A DNA stretch of 62,294 nucleotides, counting the filler, from Actinomycetota bacterium (GTDB lineage Bacteria; Actinomycetota; Acidimicrobiia; Spongiisociales; UBA4744), in the NCBI GenBank assembly GCA_013152275.1. It is 5 parts of 5 records of this genome, joined end to end, with 100 filler letters (N's around TTAATTAATTAA, not from the genome) between each part and the next. Parts side by side here need not be neighbours in the genome. Positions count along the whole stretch, not along the records: positions 59,043 to 62,294 come from JAADGS010000094.1; 4 more parts are not named here. One strand, written 5' to 3'. Within the stretch, counting starts at the first letter, position 1. Each line of letters begins with the position of its first letter. The notes below the pieces were generated by a model. The model made no database searches. It was not told the origin of the DNA and was given only the letters and a program-made list of their open reading frames with translations. Shown here in pieces: positions 59,690-62,294 of this stretch. A program made the position numbers and the translations under genes.

Positions 59690-61321
59690 TCAGCTGTCGC
59701 TTGGGGATTTCGGAGGCAAGTCGTATGCGGTGAGTCTCGTCGTGTTGCGATCGACCTCTAGGAAACCTGCGAGCCGATCACGCGCCCAGGCGAACCTGGC
59801 CACATAGGGTGTTTCGATGGGATGCCATGCAACGGTGGCTGCATCGAACCAGGCGAGACCGCCGCACTGCCCAACGGCGCCAGCGTTCACCGATTCAGAT
59901 CTCGGGTAGCACTCCGAGAACGGCATCGGCACGTTCCCGATGGTACGCCACTGTCCGGATCTGTCGAGGATCGCCGACTCTTGCTCATAGTTCCACGCCA
60001 GGATGCCGGCATTGTCCACCCAGGTGATGGTGGATGCTTGGCCATCAATAGGGATGGAGGGGAGCTGCTGCCAGCCGCTGTCTGTGGTGTGTTGATAGAC
60101 CACAGGGTTGCGGTCGCCAATAACGACGTTGTTCCCGTCTTGGGCGGTACCCGCAACGATCAAGCGGTTCCCGTCGCTCGTCACACCACCGACCGCAATT
60201 GGTGATGGAACGGGGTCGAACTCGCGCCAGGCGCCTGTGTCGATGTCGAGGGCTGCGACGGTCGAGATTGCGTCCACGTAGCGACCGGCTGCCGTCACCA
60301 CCACAAGCTCCCTATCGATAAGAGCTGATCCCAACGGGTAACGAGCAGAGCCGACAGGGTAGCCGGTGGCGGGCGGGGTATCGGCTTGGCGCCACGTCAG
60401 CGTGTCAACATCGAGAATCCAAACCTCGGAGTTCTCGGCCTTGATGAGAATGACGGAGTCCTTCGCGGGAAATCCTGACACATCCCCGCAGCACGACGAT
60501 TGCACGGCAAGGGGTGAGGGAGCGCCGTCGACCCAAGATCCATCGTCAAGAACGAGTCGCGTCGATATCCCATCGATCACGACGACGCCAGCATCGACAG
60601 CCTGAACTATGGCCCCGCTGCTGATGCCGAATCCCAAGTCAGCGACAACCCGCCACCCTTCGAGGCCGCGTGTCGCCAACGGTACGAAGTCGACACGGGC
60701 GATCCGCACACCAGCGACACCTGCAAGCTCCTCAATCCAATCTCCAGTTGGACTGTCAAGGAATCGGGGAACGAAACCGACCGCGACCCACCTCTGTTCC
60801 GGGGGAGCTGTCCCTTGGGCGGTGGCGAACGCCTTCGCGGCCGCCGCGACGTCAGACGAAGAGATGTAGGTCACACTATCTAGCTCCGCGAGAGCGACGG
60901 TGGCGAGGTAGGCCTCGAAAGCCTGCTGGGCGTCGACGGGTACGAGCGCAACGACTCCAATCTCATCAGTGGGCTCGTTGAACGCTCCACCGAGTTTCGC
61001 GTCGATGAACAACGATACGTTGAACGCTGGGAGTGCACTCGGCCCGAGCGTTGTTGATGGCGGCGGCAACGAGGAAGTGGCAGACGACGGTGTTGGTGGG
61101 GACGCCGAATCGGTGGCAGATGGCACCCCGCCGTCGCGTATCGCTAACACGGCAAAGCCGCCGACAGCAATCGCAAGACCGACGACGGCAACGAGCAAGC
61201 TACCCCGGGATCTCCGAGATGTCTTCGACACGAGAGAGTTCATCGGCGGTGGAGCGATGTCGGCGACCGACGCCACGACGACCTGAGCATGATGGCGCCC
61301 AGCTGAGTCGAGTTCGTTCAT
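59690..61321 (-). CDS. Single-TM protein with a large extracytoplasmic, probably beta-propeller region; ECF partner
   Basis: ATG overlaps the sigma stop (ATGA); TM LLVAVVGLAIAVGGFAVLAI; Kelch-like repeats LDVDTLTWRQ, LDIDTGAWRE, DSGWQQLPSIP. Confidence 0.75.
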   Translation of the reverse strand: MNELDSAGRHHAQVVVASVADIAPPPMNSLVSKTSRRSRGSLLVAVVGLAIAVGGFAVLAIRDGGVPSATDSASPPTPSSATSSLPPPSTTLGPSALPAFNVSLFIDAKLGGAFNEPTDEIGVVALVPVDAQQAFEAYLATVALAELDSVTYISSSDVAAAAKAFATAQGTAPPEQRWVAVGFVPRFLDSPTGDWIEELAGVAGVRIARVDFVPLATRGLEGWRVVADLGFGISSGAIVQAVDAGVVVIDGISTRLVLDDGSWVDGAPSPLAVQSSCCGDVSGFPAKDSVILIKAENSEVWILDVDTLTWRQADTPPATGYPVGSARYPLGSALIDRELVVVTAAGRYVDAISTVAALDIDTGAWREFDPVPSPIAVGGVTSDGNRLIVAGTAQDGNNVVIGDRNPVVYQHTTDSGWQQLPSIPIDGQASTITWVDNAGILAWNYEQESAILDRSGQWRTIGNVPMPFSECYPRSESVNAGAVGQCGGLAWFDAATVAWHPIETPYVARFAWARDRLAGFLEVDRNTTRLTAYDLPPKSPSDS

Positions 61322-61788
61322 AGTTCCAGATCCAATCTTTTCGCCAACGTCCTGCGACCCCGCACCAAGTGAACCCGGGCGGTCGACTCGGAACACTCGA
61401 GTAGCTCGGCGATCTGAGAGATCGACCGATCCTCCAAGTAGAACAAGGCAATCGCCTGGGCCTGCCTCCGCGGGAGACGACGAACCTGACCCCAGAAAGC
61501 CTCGGTATCTGACGGGACGTCCATTCCGATGCGGATCGGCTGGGAAACTCGGCTCAACGCACGCCGCTCGGCGTATCGACGCCGCCAAGCCGAGTGGGAC
61601 TTGTTCGCAGTCACACGGCGGATCCATCCAGCCGCGTTCTCCACCGTGTCCCACGCTTCGAGGGCGGCAATGAACGCATCGTGGGCCACATCCTCGGCAC
61701 GGGTCAGATCCCCCGTCAGAACCCGAGCGAGTGCCAACACAGCGCTGTACTCCTCCTCGTAGAACTCCTCGAAGGATCGATCCTCCAT
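61318..61788 (-). CDS. ECF sigma-70 factor (SigE-like; alternative TTG start at 61839)
   Basis: FEEFYEEEY, AEDVAHDAF, LPRRQAQAIALFYLEDRSISQIAELL, TARVHLVRGR. Confidence 0.92.
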   Translation of the reverse strand: MEDRSFEEFYEEEYSAVLALARVLTGDLTRAEDVAHDAFIAALEAWDTVENAAGWIRRVTANKSHSAWRRRYAERRALSRVSQPIRIGMDVPSDTEAFWGQVRRLPRRQAQAIALFYLEDRSISQIAELLECSESTARVHLVRGRRTLAKRLDLEL

Positions 61789-62294
61789 CGACTCGACACT
61801 CCCCGATAGGTACACAAGGCCGCCATCCTCGTCGCTCAACCGTACCGTCGCATCAGCACCCGGAAAGGCTTACCGACGTGATCTTCTCGATGCAGAGGGG
61901 AAACGCACTAGGCCGTATGTGTACATGGTCCCGGCGGCGCGCAGGGTCCGCGACCACATCGCGTCCACATGACAATGGGAAACATCGAGAAACGGCGAGA
62001 AGCGATGAGATTCGAGAATCCATACGGGGCAAGGGAAAACGGCAGAAGAGCCCGATCGTGCGCAGGCGCGACGAGACGGCCAGTGACCTTCACACGGCAG
62101 AGGTCACAAGACCGCTGTGATGGCGGTGATCAGCCAGCTCGCTGCTCTGACCGGCACCCCGATCCTGGGCACGGCGCTTGCCGCCCGTGCGGCTGCCGGT
62201 CTCGAGACCGCCACCGGGATCCCTTCTACCACGTTGGCTCGACTCCTCTACCAGGCCGGTGACGCATCTGGTCTTCCCTCGGGGGTTGTGGTCG

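Noticed and set aside
61850..62294. Short ORFs at the window end
   Set aside because: No motifs, RBS or coding bias strong enough to call.

Overview
High-GC window from an actinobacterium, most consistent with Acidimicrobiia (inferred from gene content and order). It is not contiguous: five contigs are joined by 100-bp N-TTAATTAATTAA-N linkers (29683-29782, 51451-51550, 54973-55072, 58943-59042), and there is one scaffold gap (29148-29224). Contig 1 is a minus-strand core cluster: trmD-rplS-lepB-DUF2469-yraN, a small inserted cassette, then comM-dprA-hsp20-xerC-whiG-rpsB-tsf-pyrH-frr-cdsA-dxr-M50 protease-ispG-proS-rimP-nusA-infB-DUF503-rbfA-nrnA-truB-ribF-RidA-rpsO-pnp. Contig 2 is accessory: a scrambled CPBP protease gene, a lipoprotein amidohydrolase, a RES/Xre toxin-antitoxin pair, cimA with an unannotated Ile-codon attenuator, amtB with a six-site GlnR-like array and two downstream micro-ORFs, and a LacI/GH65/ABC/beta-PGM sugar operon. 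Contig 3 holds an asparagine-synthase-like gene. Contig 4 holds two diverged head-to-head copies of a module (conserved ~135-bp non-coding element, 65-aa ORF, large serine recombinase) separated by a frameshifted IS481; the intact recombinase ends inside a tRNA-Leu(GAG). Contig 5 has an RHH-like/SEC-C protein and an ECF sigma with its membrane partner. The best candidates for new biology are the recombinase module, the cimA attenuator and the amtB microproteins. All family calls are from motif recognition by eye; no searches were run.
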